A stretch of 64,000 bases of DNA from Patellaria atrata CBS 101060 (taxonomy: Eukaryota), in contig MU006089.1 in assembly GCA_010093705.1 (NCBI GenBank), positions 353,570 to 417,569 of the forward strand. The letters are read 5' to 3'. A program made the position numbers and the translations under genes. Every line of letters begins with the position of its first letter. Positions within the stretch are counted from its first letter, which is position 1. A model generated the notes under the pieces. That model did not search any database. It was not told the origin of the DNA and was given only the letters and a program-made list of their open reading frames with translations. Shown piece by piece: positions 39,288 through 51,407 of the stretch.

Positions 39288-41183
39288 ATGGCCACAGTCG
39301 CTCATCAGCACCTTCCAAGCACTGTAAATTCTCGTCCACATTCGACACATACCATGGATAACAGCCGTAACATCACAAACCCGCGCGATACATCCCACGA
39401 TCCAACTGCGCCGCCACCAGCACAGCCGGCACCTATTCCAGGGAAGAAGGCAAAGGGAAAGAAGGGTACAGATCCGAATGATGCTTCAAAGGCTATCCAA
39501 GCACGACTGGCTCAGTTGGAGCAGGATGCGGCGGGTGAGAAGGATCAAGAAGCGGAAATAGGTGCGTTCGCGCTTTCTCTATGCTTTTGAAATTTATATT
39601 CCCCGATCTTGCGTATTTTCGACATTGAAACTATGAAGCGTTTACAACCAAGAACTACTGCGCATCTTTTCGCCTCCTTGAGACAATTTCCCCTACTAAT
39701 TACATGTGCTCCATTGTGAAGGAAGGAGTCGGTCATGATATGTAAACTCATCTGTATGTATACTGACCTAATGTTACCTCTATATACATAGATCGCGAAG
39801 TTAAGAGAGCGAATCGAGATCTTTCCCACCTACTTTCCTCTGCGGATACCACAGCGTCTCGTATCGATATCATTCAGAAAAAGTACACCGAACTTCTGAT
39901 GGACATGAAGAGACTGGAACGAGATTATACAAAGACGAAGAAAAGGGCTGATCAGCTGCAAAAAGAGAAGGATTCTGCGAGGACCGAACTCACCCGAGCG
40001 AATGCCCTGAAAGATAAGCTGGAGAAGCTGTCCCGAGACTTGAATAAGGATAACAAGAAAATGAAGGTTGGGATCCACAACTTGTTCGCCGAGAAGGATA
40101 GATTAGTCATAGAAAAATTGGAGCTGACAAATATATTAGGACGATTTAGAGAGGACGAAAGATGAGGAGACGCATCTGCGCCAGGAGATGCACCAACGGT
40201 TAGAGGGTATGGTAAAGGATGTAGAAGCTTGTATCACATCTCAGGAACAGCCAAAATCCCAAACTGTCGGTATGGAATTAGATGAAATGTCTGTAGTCCA
40301 TATTCATGAAGCTTTCCGAAAGGCATCCTAACGTGTTCTCAGATTCCGAGAGAAGTTTAAATCTCTTGTGGAACAGTACGAACTACGGGAGCTGCAGTTC
40401 CATTCCGTTCTTCGCACCAAAGAACTCGAGATTCAATACCACATGGCCAAGTTCGAGAAGCAGAGAAAGGCCCAGGAGATGGAATCAAGCAAGTCCCATC
40501 AATTGACTCGCCAAGTTTCAACCTTCTCCCAGACCGAAAATGAGCTCAGGAGCCAACTCAACATCTACGTAGAGAAATTCAAACAGGTAACCCATCTCCA
40601 TCTCTTATATTTCCTTGTATAATTAACCTCCCCCTCCTCTACTGTCCAGTTCATGCTATTGTTCCAGTCATTCCTCCCTTCTCACAACTTCGGCCAGGTC
40701 GAAGACACCCTCAACAACTCTAACGACCTTTTCTTGACCTTCCGCCGCGAAATGGAGGAAATGAACAAGAAGACGAAGCGTCTCGAGAAGGAAAATCAGA
40801 ACTTGACCCGCAAGCACGAAGCGACCAACCAATCCATCATCAAGATGGCAGAGGAACGCAACGCCCACAAGAAGGAGCTCGACACGCTACGCGCCCGCAA
40901 CGATCGCCTCGAGAAGCTTTGTCGTGGCATGCAGGAACAGGGTCGTGGTCAAGTCGTCCTAGACCAGTTCCGTGCGGAAGAGCAGGAGGAGGATATGGAC
41001 GATGAGAGCGAGTATGAGTACGAGGACGAAGAAGGCAGCGAAGAGTTCGATGATGAAACGGAGGACGAGGATCCAGCGCAGCATCAGCCGCCTAAAGCTA
41101 CATTTGGACCGCCACCACCCACCCCAATGAATGTGGTAAATGGAAAGAAGGTCAATTGCAAAGTCAACGGCGTTAGGCATTAG
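39288..41183 (+). CDS. Taxilin-family coiled-coil protein
   Basis: Multi-exon gene. KDKLEKLSRDLNKDNK, EQYELRELQF, ELRSQLNIYVEKFKQVEDTLNNSNDLFLTFRREMEEM, LEKLCRGMQ, acidic tail. Confidence 0.88.
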
Positions 41184-42213
41184 CTTTTGTTATTCACAGT
41201 TGGTTTATCATACGCAACTACGTGTAGCAGCGTGTGCTATGCTTGCTTTCGCACATTGAGCGTACTTGCAGAAGCAAACCTATATCAGACATCTGTCAAC
41301 ATTCTCTGTCTAATTCTTGCACACACCAGCTTCTGGCTAAATAGGTACTGAGAATCATTCAACTACCTTGGATCCAGAAGAAATGTGTTGCCTGCACCTG
41401 AATGTTGAGCCGTACAAAAGCTAAGCTCACTTCTATTTCTGCACTAACGGAGTCCGAACTTCACGTTGACTTGGTTACTCGAAATCTCTCGTACTATACC
41501 TATCATCTTAACAATTTCGAACACCATTCCTACTCCTCCCACTATCTGTGAGACCCTATCCTTCCCTTTCTCATCCTTGACTCCTTCAATCTCCACGAAC
41601 GAATCTCTCCCTTCCTCATTCTCTAATGTTTCCTACCCTCTCAACTTCTCGAGCGCATTCTCTTCCCACTTCGTCCCTTCCACCCCGCTTGCATCCCCTC
41701 ACCTTTCCTTAGCAATGGGGTATATGCAGTTCGGCAAGTATATCATACAACAACCATGGGAGATATAAAGCTCCTTTAGGAGACCGAGAAGCTCGCCATC
41801 TCAGCTTGGATAACCGATGGGTTCGGTCGGGTTTCTAGGTCGGGTTTTTGGGTTGGTTTCCGGGCCTGGTTGAAGGTGGGTTACTCCGCGGCATGCGAGT
41901 GGGCTCCGCGCTGGGGTTTTTGCCTCCCGAATCGTTCGGGAAAGTCTCAATGTATTGGTTTGGGTTAGTGTCTGTGGTGTTTCAGGTACTCCTTTATTCT
42001 CTGATGTGCATCTGGGTCGGGCTCGAGTTGTGCTGGGCTGAAGTGAGATATTAGAGTAGAGAGTGTTTTAGGTCATCCAATTCATAGACGCCCTAGAGCG
42101 CTTAAGTATCCAGCATTTTCCGCGTCTTCTAACATAAGATTTTTCTTCCACTCGACCTGCACAGGGAGACGGGCTTCTACTCCCCTTCAGCCAACACATT
42201 TCAGTATGGAAGC

Positions 42214-43641
42214 TCACAGCTTCGGATGTACAAGAAACCGTAGACTAGCTGCTAACAAAGCTGCAGCTTCTTCGACAATCTCTTTGACAATATCGCCAGC
42301 AGGTTGATCCGTCTTGTTTACTAAACCAGCTACAATGCCCTGCGGTCTTTTCAAGTTATCAATACGGCTTACGTTAGTTACTAAATTTCCGATTATAAAC
42401 GTACCTAAGAACTATATAATCTTCAATCTCCTCTGTAAGCCTGCCTTCCTCATGGAGTTTGTCGAGTTCATGCTGTAATGGTATTATGCCTTTCGAGATG
42501 AGTTCTTTAATCTCACTCTGTCTGTTCTTCTCCCAATCGTCCAGATAGTGGTTTGATAGGCAACGCAGCGGTCGACCGGTGAATATGAGTGTTTTCACCG
42601 TAGAGTCAAAGCCGGACTTGATAAGGCTGTACGTTGTTAGCAAAAGCGAGAGGTACGGTGTTACTACTTACGCGTCTTTCGCAGCTTGTGGTGCATTTGA
42701 TTCTAAAGAGGCCACAAATCGGGTCCCTATCCATACCACGCTAGCACCAAGCATCAAGGCAGCTGCTAAGCTTCTACCGTCATTGACACCTCCGGCAGCA
42801 ACGAGCAGAACAGGCTCGCCAGTGATGGATGACTTATAATGCTTGCAAATGTCTGCACAAGCAGGTATCAGAATACTAAGTGCTATTTGTCAGGCGTCAC
42901 TATCAGGAACATAGGAGAGGGAGTCAGGGCAGTACCTGAATGGTATATCTCCAGTGTGACCTCCAGCTTCTCCTCCTTGTGCGCAAATGATGTCTGCACC
43001 TACTTGACAGGCTTTATGAACATGCTTTCAATGGTCAGTATCTTCCAGAGGTGGGATCAGTCGGGCTTACTTTAGGATGTCCTACAACATTCTAGTTCTT
43101 CATCAGATTACACTAGGTGCCTTAGGAGTGAATAATCTCACCATGTACAAAATCCCTGCCGCATGAAGTTTGTCGACAACCCATTTATCTGGTACACCCA
43201 CAGCAGACACGAAAAGCTTCGCACCGCCTTCAATGACAACATCTAAAAGCTCGTTTAAACTACCTTGGGTATAGTCTATATTCGTCTTTCTAGCTGAGCC
43301 TCCGACCTGTGGTAGGAGGAGGTCCACCCCAAATGGTAATGAAGGGTTTGTCAATTTCCCCTACTAATGTCAGAGAGCCTAGAAAGGGGGCCGTGAAAAA
43401 TACAAGACCTTTGTTTCTGAGATCATCTCTTTCAACATCCTGGGTGTATATTGGACACCGCCTAGGACGCCCATGCCGCCTTATAACGCATCAGCTAGAG
43501 ATTTACTTTATTCAATGAAGATTATTCACCAGCATTAGAGACTGCGGAAACCAGATCAGCTCCGGAAGTCTGACCCATACCCGCAAGCATGATAGGATGT
43601 TGAATCTTTAGCAATCGGGTGATCGGTGTTGTGATCGACAT
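42214..43641 (-). CDS. Nitronate monooxygenase / 2-nitropropane dioxygenase family flavoprotein
   Basis: Many short introns. HPIMLAGMG, SAVSNAGG.GVLGG, PFGVDLLLPQ, AQGGEAGGHTG, VAAGGVNDGRSLAAALMLGASVVWIGTRF; ends in PKL. Confidence 0.9.
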
Positions 43642-44358
43642 TGCGGGCAGACTTGATTAATTTGATGAAGAGGAGAAATGGAGATTAAGTTGACGAAATA
43701 GGGCGCCTTTGATGAAAGATGGAATAGAGACAATATCGTTTTATCTATGTACCACAGTTGCAAGGATGTCTGCTTAGTCGTCAGCACTATTCTTGTTCTT
43801 CTCCATTTAACAATGACCATATTCCTATTCCAGTTCTCATATGTACGCCTGAAAAGACTAGAAAGTTGAATCAGGATATGAGCGGTCGTAGTGGGATTTA
43901 TAAGTATCATTCGCTGTAATAATGATCCTAGGTTCCCCAAAAGATCGCATCCGAAACTCCCTGGACCATCATCTTAGTTCTACACAGGTAGATATAAACT
44001 ATTGATTGTAGCAAGATATTATAGATGTTCTCTCAGGTTTAGGCTCTCTGTCTTGGACCTTGCGATGCAGAAAGTTCTGTAATGAGAGATAACCCCTTCG
44101 ACTCACGAAGCTCCATTCCTCATGGGAAGGTTCTTATGTGGTTGAGATAGGAGTTTTCGTTCTTGCGCGCGATGCATGCAAGCATACACCGTAGATGAGA
44201 CGTTATATCTTCAACAGTAGGAACTGTGTTGTAGAGTATATATTGGCAGTCTGCGCATTCATCATATCCGAACAGAAACAGTGAGGAAGATGAAGAAAAG
44301 GGGACAGAACCGCAGTGGTGGGTACTTTAGAACTAGAACTATGGCGGGGTCCACGTGC

Positions 44359-44389
44359 TCGCGTCAAAGTGGGACGCGGACCAACGCGT
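44359..44389. promoter_or_regulatory. Cluster of MCB-like (ACGCGT/CGCG) elements upstream of the pol delta subunit gene
   Basis: TCGCGTCA at 44359, GACGCGG at 44373 and ACGCGT at 44384-44389, 60-90 bp before the ATG of a replication gene. Confidence 0.55.
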
Positions 44390-44450
44390 CTTCCCACCAC
44401 ATCTTCCAAGCTTCCTCGAGCGGTTGATATCCCAAATCTGCTATCACATC

Positions 44451-46167
44451 ATGCCTTCAATTGATGGAGCAGACGTTCTATTAAGTGGTCCAACGTAAGT
44501 AATGAAATGCGTAATCAAAATGTGTAAGCTCATCATAAACAGAGATACTCCCTTTCCTACCGCGACTCGTCATGCATCTTCCTACAATCCCCTCCATACT
44601 TTCCATCTACCCAAGGGAGAGCAGAAGCATTATCAACAACAATTCGCGGATCTCTACTTCCTGCGGTTAGCGCAACTCAAGGAGGTCGTTGAGGAGGTCG
44701 CTGGGGAAGACTGGGATATGGTATAAGAGAAAATTTCCATTGAGGAATTCCCCACATGACTGATTTCAATATGATTAGGTTGGGGGTGAGAAAGCAAGAA
44801 GAGTAGATAGAGTCCTCGATGTACGACAAGGAGAACTATGTTGGGTTGTAGGGACTGTGTACATGGAGATGCCTTTGAAGCCCAACATTCTTGATGATAT
44901 CTCTAAAGAGGTACCATTCGCAACCACCAAATCATGCAGTGTATGGAGACTGATAAGATAGTATAGCACTGGATAGCTGCACCGCCTCCAAGAGAGAAAT
45001 ACTTATCCCCGAATGGCGGCGACCAAAAGATGCTCGAAGATGACTCTGGTCGGTTACGAATAATAGGTGAATTCATAGACTCTCGTGTTCTTGCCACGGG
45101 TGCCATAATCGCGGCCCTTGGAACAGAAAATAAAGACGGTGCCTTCGAAGTCATTGATATCAAGGTAGCAGACTTACCTCGACAGCCAGAACGCTGGGAA
45201 CGTGATGAAGCAGAACTAGCAGAGACTGGAAAGAAGGTAAAGCAAAATCGACAACCAGCGGGTAAGATCGCTATACTGAGTGGGCTCTCAATCAGTGGTG
45301 AGCTAGCAGACGATCTTTCCCTGGACCTTCTCACAGAGTACCTGCTCGGAGAATCAATGAGTGGTGTTGCGCAAGAATCAGCTGCTCAAATATCACGGCT
45401 CCTTATAGCCGGTAACTCTTTGGCCAATGCTTCACCTATATTATCCCGGGATGACTTTGCAGCAAAGAAATCAAATAAGAAGTACGGTTACGACTCATCA
45501 GCTTATAATGCAGCTCCCACCGAGCACCTTGATAACTTCCTATCAGTACTCCTTCCTTCTCTACCTATAACACTTCTGCCAGGCGAAACCGACCCTTCAA
45601 ACGTTGCTCTCCCTCAACCGCCTCTACATCCAGCTCTATTCCCTCAAAGTCGCGCATATGCAAATCCACCAGTTGAGAGTAAGGAAAAGCCAGGGGCGCT
45701 AGACAGTGTGACAAATCCGTGGGAAGGAGATATAGACGGTTGGAGATTTCTCGTCAATGGAGGACAACCTATTAACGACGTCTATAAGTACGTAGAAGGG
45801 GATGACAGGTTGGAGATGATGGAATGTCTACTGAGATGGAGGAGCAACGCCCCGACCGCTCCAGACACGTTATGTAAGAGACAACATTCATTTCTGTCGT
45901 GATCGTACTGACCTCGTAGGGTGCTACCCCTTCCAAGATGATGATCCATTCCTTGTCAAGGATTGTCCTCATGTCTACATTGTGGGGAACCAGCCACGTT
46001 TCGAGACGACTGTTATTGAAGGACCTCTAGGTCAGCGTGTAAGATTAATTGCGGTCCCTAGCTTTAGGGATACGGGTACTATGGTGTTGCTAGATGCTGA
46101 GACTCTAGCTGTGGATGTTGTTAATTTTGAGGTCTTCAAACCCTCAAAAGACGTAGATATGTCTTAA
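44451..46167 (+). CDS. POL31: DNA polymerase delta small subunit (POLD2/Pol31/Cdc1)
   Basis: Five exons. YQQQFADLYFLRL, LEDDSGRLR, LLIAGNSL, PGETDPSNVALPQPPLH, VTNPW, GQPINDVYKY, APTAPDTLWCYPF, PHVYIVGNQP. Confidence 0.95.
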
Positions 46168-47400
46168 TCAAAAATGGAATTCAGTTTTTCGTGATCCCAA
46201 GCTCAATTGCTCCATTTGACGTGCTTTGAGGTTGCAGTAGTACTTCGGTTCGGTCAGGCTTGAGTTAGCAGTATGTCTCCATTTGCGGTCAAACAATAAA
46301 AAAGTTCCTCACAGAGATAAATCCCTCCCTAAAGAAAATAAATAGTAGGTAGAATAGTAGAAATTCCACCATTAGTAAATACTGAAAATCATATAACTAA
46401 AAATCTAATATCCAGTTATCGATTAAACCACTACAGGATACCACCTCACTAATCATCTCCTATCTAAGTAATAAGGTAGTAGTAGACCCAATTCTTTCCC
46501 GCCGGTATCAGGGTCGGGAACATTTACGGAAGTCATGATTCACAAGTACCTTACCGTACCGAGTCCAGTCACAATTTGTCGCAATTCAGAACCTCTTGCA
46601 ACTCAAATCAGATTATAAGTACCCCCAACTACTCCTTCTTTCATCGAACTCGGGCACGTGCCTGAGTAGGTAGGTACCTCGTCTACCTGCAGTGCCGTCA
46701 CAGTTGATTTTCTAAACAAAGGTCACCTGGATTCGATTTTTGCCTTTTGGACTTTTTTTTTTTCTTGACTTTTTTTTTTTTGGTAACGTTCTATATCTTA
46801 TCTATTACTTTACTTTCTTTGACTTCTTTTTAGGGGTTAGAATGGTTGGGTAAGATCGTCATCATGGCTGATGGTTATGGTCTTTTATGTAACGGTTATG
46901 CGGCAGCATAATATCACGTTGAAATCACTTATCATGACGATACGCTGGGAAAGGACAATTCAATGCACCAAGTCCTAGGCTTTACATAACCATAAGCAGG
47001 GAGAGCAAGATACAATGCTCAAAAGCCGTTACCATTGCACAGAAACAAATCGACGAAGCAACCCCCAATTCTCAAAGGCGCAAACGCGCAAACGCCCCAA
47101 CCTTCCAATACCAACAATCCAAAAAGCAAGATCTCATTCACAAAAGTCTCGATCAAGCCATCACCCAGCGTACCCGAACCATAGCGCTCTACAGCAACGC
47201 AAGAAGCACATCATCTCACACAAACCACAAACCACAAACCACAAACCTTTGAATCGAGTTCAAGCTTAGCTTCACAATCAAACAAGTGACTGCTACTGGA
47301 CTCCAGCACCACGGTGAGGTGTTGAACTATCGCTGGAGACCCGTTACAGCTCTGGAAGCACTGTGCAGGGCGAGTCTGTTCGAAGACTGTCTCTTGAGCC

Positions 47401-47617
47401 CACCAGATTAAAGCACTGGGGCGGCTTGAGGGTCCACCAGATTCAAGCCCTGGGGTGGCTTGTCGAGAGGCCGCTAGATTGAAGCCCTGGGGTGGCTTGA
47501 GGTCCGCCAGCTTGAAGCCCTAGGGTGGCTTAAGGTCCACCTTTCACTCTTTGATGTCCACCAGCTTTATCCCTGGGGTGGCTTGAGTATCCGCCAGATT
47601 GAAGCCCTGGGGTGGCC
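47401..47617. repeat. Array of six ~33-38-bp repeats with hairpin core AAGCC-CTGGGGT-GGCTT
   Basis: Consensus CCAGATTGAAGCCCTGGGGTGGCTTGAGGTCC, with variable linkers and one longer unit. Confidence 0.85.
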
Positions 47618-47882
47618 ATTGTTGGAGAGTACCTTGGGGAGAACCAGGTCGTACCATTTCACCGATGTAGCCCTAAGCACGTCAACAATCGCACAATCGA
47701 AATGAAACGCAGTAAAGATAAACACAACACAAGAGCAACATGAGAACTTTCAGATACCCGTACTACCACAGCTGACAGAGTCACATTCGACCATTCGATA
47801 CCGACCTTAGTAGTATCATTGAGGATCTAGACGGCAATCCCGGGTACTCCGAGTTTCTCCGCAGCTATTTTCTACGACTAGG

Positions 47883-47990
47883 AAAGGGGTATACAATTGG
47901 TTGCCCAAGAGAACGCGCTCGATACTAGCCACCAGTAAAGGGGTTTACACTTGGTTGCCCAAGAGGACGCGCTCGATACTGGTCAGTACT
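47883..47990. repeat. 54-bp direct tandem duplication
   Basis: AAAGGGGTwTACAmTTGGTTGCCCAAGAGrACGCGCTCGATACT at 47883 and 47937. Confidence 0.85.
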
Positions 47991-48109
47991 AAAGCTTTGG
48001 TTACTAACGGACCATACCGCTTGCAAACAATCAGCTACTAGGCGCGAGATGGTGGCGAATGGTGAAATGTGAACAACTGTCGAGGTACTGTAGGTTCTTT
48101 GGTATCGTA

Positions 48110-49360
48110 CTAGTCATCACAATTGCTTTGTATTGCATTTTCCCAGTACTGTGGCCACTCGGTGATTTGCTGGTGAGCGGCATCGGGTATCCATTCGACT
48201 AAGAGGGTAGACAAGGCCCAGCCGTACGCAACGGAGCAAATGGCGGTGAGGAGGATGACGAGGATACAAAAGTTTATGGACTCGTACACCAATTTCCTGA
48301 GGAACCGAGAGTAGCGGGGGAGAAAATCCAGAAATTTCTCAACAGCCCTGCAGAAGCGCTCAAACGGAAGCTTGACGAGCCAAAGGTAGTGCGGATAAAT
48401 AATGAGAAAAGAGAGGAAAAGTATCCAGAAGACGGTCATTCCAATGCAGTGAAGAATCTGCTTGGAAATGGTTTTCATGCCCGCCTTAAGCCGTCTCAAA
48501 TCTTCTACTTTGCCCTCTGGTCCACGGAGGAGGATCCAAGCAATCATCATCATTTGCAGGCACATGGCGAATAGTTTCATCGTCTCCCAAAGCATCTTGA
48601 CCGACTGCCACATGAATGTGAGGAGTGGGATGTAACGGGAGATAAATCGAATCCACCAATAGTGCCCCAAATTGAGCCCTGGCGTGGCATAATCGTCGCG
48701 GAAAACTTTGTACAGGTGGAGCCCCAGATTGCGCCCTGGCGTGGCGAAATCATCACGCACATTCTGGTAGAGAGTGCTGAAGACAAGGGGTACGAGCTCA
48801 GAGAGCTTCTTCAGACAAGTCTTCGTCTCAAGCAGAAGGTCGATGGATCCACTGTACATAGCCTCCAGAGTTAAGACCGACAATTTAAACCACACATTTA
48901 GGCGTGTGGTACCGTAAGTAGTGACTGTGACAAGAGGACGTCCGCCCGTCCCCCAGAGAAAGAGAACAACCCGATACGTTAACGTGAGCGGGTCTTCCTT
49001 TGCGATCTCTAGAACGACGACGAGGACTTCGAGCACTTTTTCTAATCCAGTTTCCTTCAGGAACGCGACGACTTTCTCGGACGCATCTTTTTGAGGAGCA
49101 GCAGGAGCTGGTGGTGGAGGGTCGGTGGTGAGGACGAGTGGCGGGGCGTCAATGGTGAGGATACGGGGAGGAGGGTCGACGGTGAGGATGGGTGTCGGTG
49201 CGTCAAGTGTGAGGACTGATGGTGGTGCACCAATTGCCAGTGTTTCTACCGGGTAGACCGGGATGTACGGGTTCGATGGGCCGTAAGTTAACGACGACTC
49301 ATCGTTGAGCGAATGGACCAAAAACGCTAAAAGGTGCGAAAGGATTTGACGGAAACACAT
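48110..49360 (-). CDS. Orphan multi-pass membrane protein with internal 9-aa and 19-aa repeats
   Basis: Intronless ORF of about 416 aa from ATG 49360. Repeats LTxDAPPxx (about 5 copies) and RDD(F/Y)ATPGxNLG (2 copies), plus several hydrophobic helices; no recognisable family. Confidence 0.6.
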   Translation of the reverse strand: MCFRQILSHLLAFLVHSLNDESSLTYGPSNPYIPVYPVETLAIGAPPSVLTLDAPTPILTVDPPPRILTIDAPPLVLTTDPPPPAPAAPQKDASEKVVAFLKETGLEKVLEVLVVVLEIAKEDPLTLTYRVVLFLWGTGGRPLVTVTTYGTTRLNVWFKLSVLTLEAMYSGSIDLLLETKTCLKKLSELVPLVFSTLYQNVRDDFATPGRNLGLHLYKVFRDDYATPGLNLGHYWWIRFISRYIPLLTFMWQSVKMLWETMKLFAMCLQMMMIAWILLRGPEGKVEDLRRLKAGMKTISKQILHCIGMTVFWILFLSFLIIYPHYLWLVKLPFERFCRAVEKFLDFLPRYSRFLRKLVYESINFCILVILLTAICSVAYGWALSTLLVEWIPDAAHQQITEWPQYWENAIQSNCDD

Positions 49361-51407
49361 TGTGCAGGAAGCGACAATGTAATTCCAGAGGTGATGGAGA
49401 GAGAGGTTGGTGCTCACAGAAGCTGAAAAGGGGTCTTGAGAATAAGGGTGTCAAAAAAAAAATCTGCTGCTGAGATTATGTTGACGGTGCGGTAAGATGG
49501 AGAAGAAAGGAAGGAACGGAGGTGCGCAGGTAATAAATAGGAAAACATTGCCAAGACATCCGTTTGCACATCGCTTAGCGGGTACAATGAGCAAGTTATT
49601 AAGAGAAGGGTGAAGGTGAAGGTGAAGGTGCAGGTCACGCGTGAGGGAACTTGAGTATCAGGATTGCATGGGACATACAACGTTGCAAATGACTTTGGGG
49701 GTTCCTGCTGCAAAGACGTAATAAAACCTGGGAATGCAACTGGATAACTTTATGACGACTCTAAGCACTTCACATCAGATGTGCAACTTGGGAGCTTCTA
49801 CGGCCTTGGAAATACAATCTGTACTGGTAGGGATGCTGAGATAAGAACGACGACACTAGTCCTACAAGCTCATCCACTTTGAATTGTTTGTTTCATACCG
49901 TTCCATAGCTGATAATTCTTGATCTTTAGGGACTTGTTGTAGATATGGTGGAGGAATGCCAACTTTGGCCCATGGCGACCTCCCCAGATTTCGTACACTC
50001 GAGTCAAGGTTCTCCCAGAGAGGAATTTATAAAATTCTAGGGACGCAATAACAGTTACATAGACAGGAGACTAGAACACACGAAAGCGAGAAGATTGGAC
50101 TCGTTAAGGGATATATCATCTACCGTTATTTACTACCTTGAATCCATACTTCCAAGAGGATTTCTACACGTAGTATATGTACAAGAGTTACATATACAAA
50201 CAGGGTGCAACAGATCTAGTGTTATATTCTCTTCCACAATACAGATAGCATATCTCAGTTGCTATGTGGTCCTTGTACACTTCCCTTACTCCTGTCATAT
50301 TCCAAGGACGGATAATACCTATTGTCTGATAATGTAAACATCTTGTACAGTCCTGCGTCATTTGTGTTGCCCCATAATCTCCAATATGACGGAAACTAGA
50401 TAACTTACAGATCATCCATACGAATCTTAGAATTATTTCATAGGTAAACGGCGAAAAATGTACAAAAGTCTTCACATCCAAGGAGAATAGGATGGGTCGT
50501 CGTTAGAGAAGGATGCGGAATATTGATTTTGCGACCCACCATACTAGTTCTATTTCGAGACACTGGGAGCCAAAGGCCCTTGCGCTGTTGGAATCGACGT
50601 CACCTCTCCCATCATGGATTATCAAACGCGATAGCATTCCATTGCGAAAGCGAAAAGTGAAAAGGCTTCTTCGTACTATTTACTGATACCAAATATGAGA
50701 CTCAGAGCCCTAGTTTAGCCTCGCCTTTGGCTGAATACGAAGCATACACCATAACGATCTTAGGTTTTAATCACTCGTACCCTTTTCTGGTGGTATATTA
50801 GCTACACCCCGGGACAGTCTGATGTATTTGTGTAGGTACTTGTACCACAGCGATAGTATTGGAAAGTGATGATATTGTACATCCCCGTCTTCAAGCACCC
50901 TGGTGGACGAAAGAGCGATAGACTGGTAAGAAAAGTACCGTAAGGTATGGTCTACCTTAATAGCATTTAGGTGATCTACGCACGCTACGTTATACATCTC
51001 GCCAAACCCCCAATTGCCCAATAATGCAGGACCTAGAGTATGCCGAGATGTACTAACATACAGTATGACCACCCTCCTGCCTTCTTACTGATTCTACAAA
51101 CCACTTAACCTTGCGATACTTGCAGGAAGAAGACTAATATTCTGTTGATTCAACCACCACAATGTCTATAACGATACCCTGTGGAAGTCTCTCCTCCATA
51201 TCCCCCACCCTTTTCCGGCGCCTCAAGTCGCTTACGTCATTCCAATGTCATCCCAAATCTCAACCTCACATGAGCACTAGGAAGATGCATAACGTAAAAG
51301 ACTTTCGCCATTGTCCTCCAACCATCAATAGTACCAACCCAAGGCTTTCGCTACTCCAAAATCACTTTCAAGGACAATCACAATTCAGACGCTCAAAATC
51401 ATCCAGC

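Noticed and set aside
39562..39791. Unusually long first intron of the taxilin gene as a possible snoRNA host
   Set aside because: No convincing C/D or H/ACA box arrangement was seen.
41420..42050. Purine-rich minus-strand stretch reading like protein (…RVSQIVGGVGMVFEIVKMIGIVREIS…), faintly like an NMO C-terminus
   Set aside because: Interrupted by stops, and the similarity is too weak to call without a search.
47401..47617. CRISPR-like appearance (hairpin repeats with variable linkers)
   Set aside because: Eukaryotic context, no cas genes, and the linkers are short and related to each other rather than unique spacers; kept as a minisatellite-type array.
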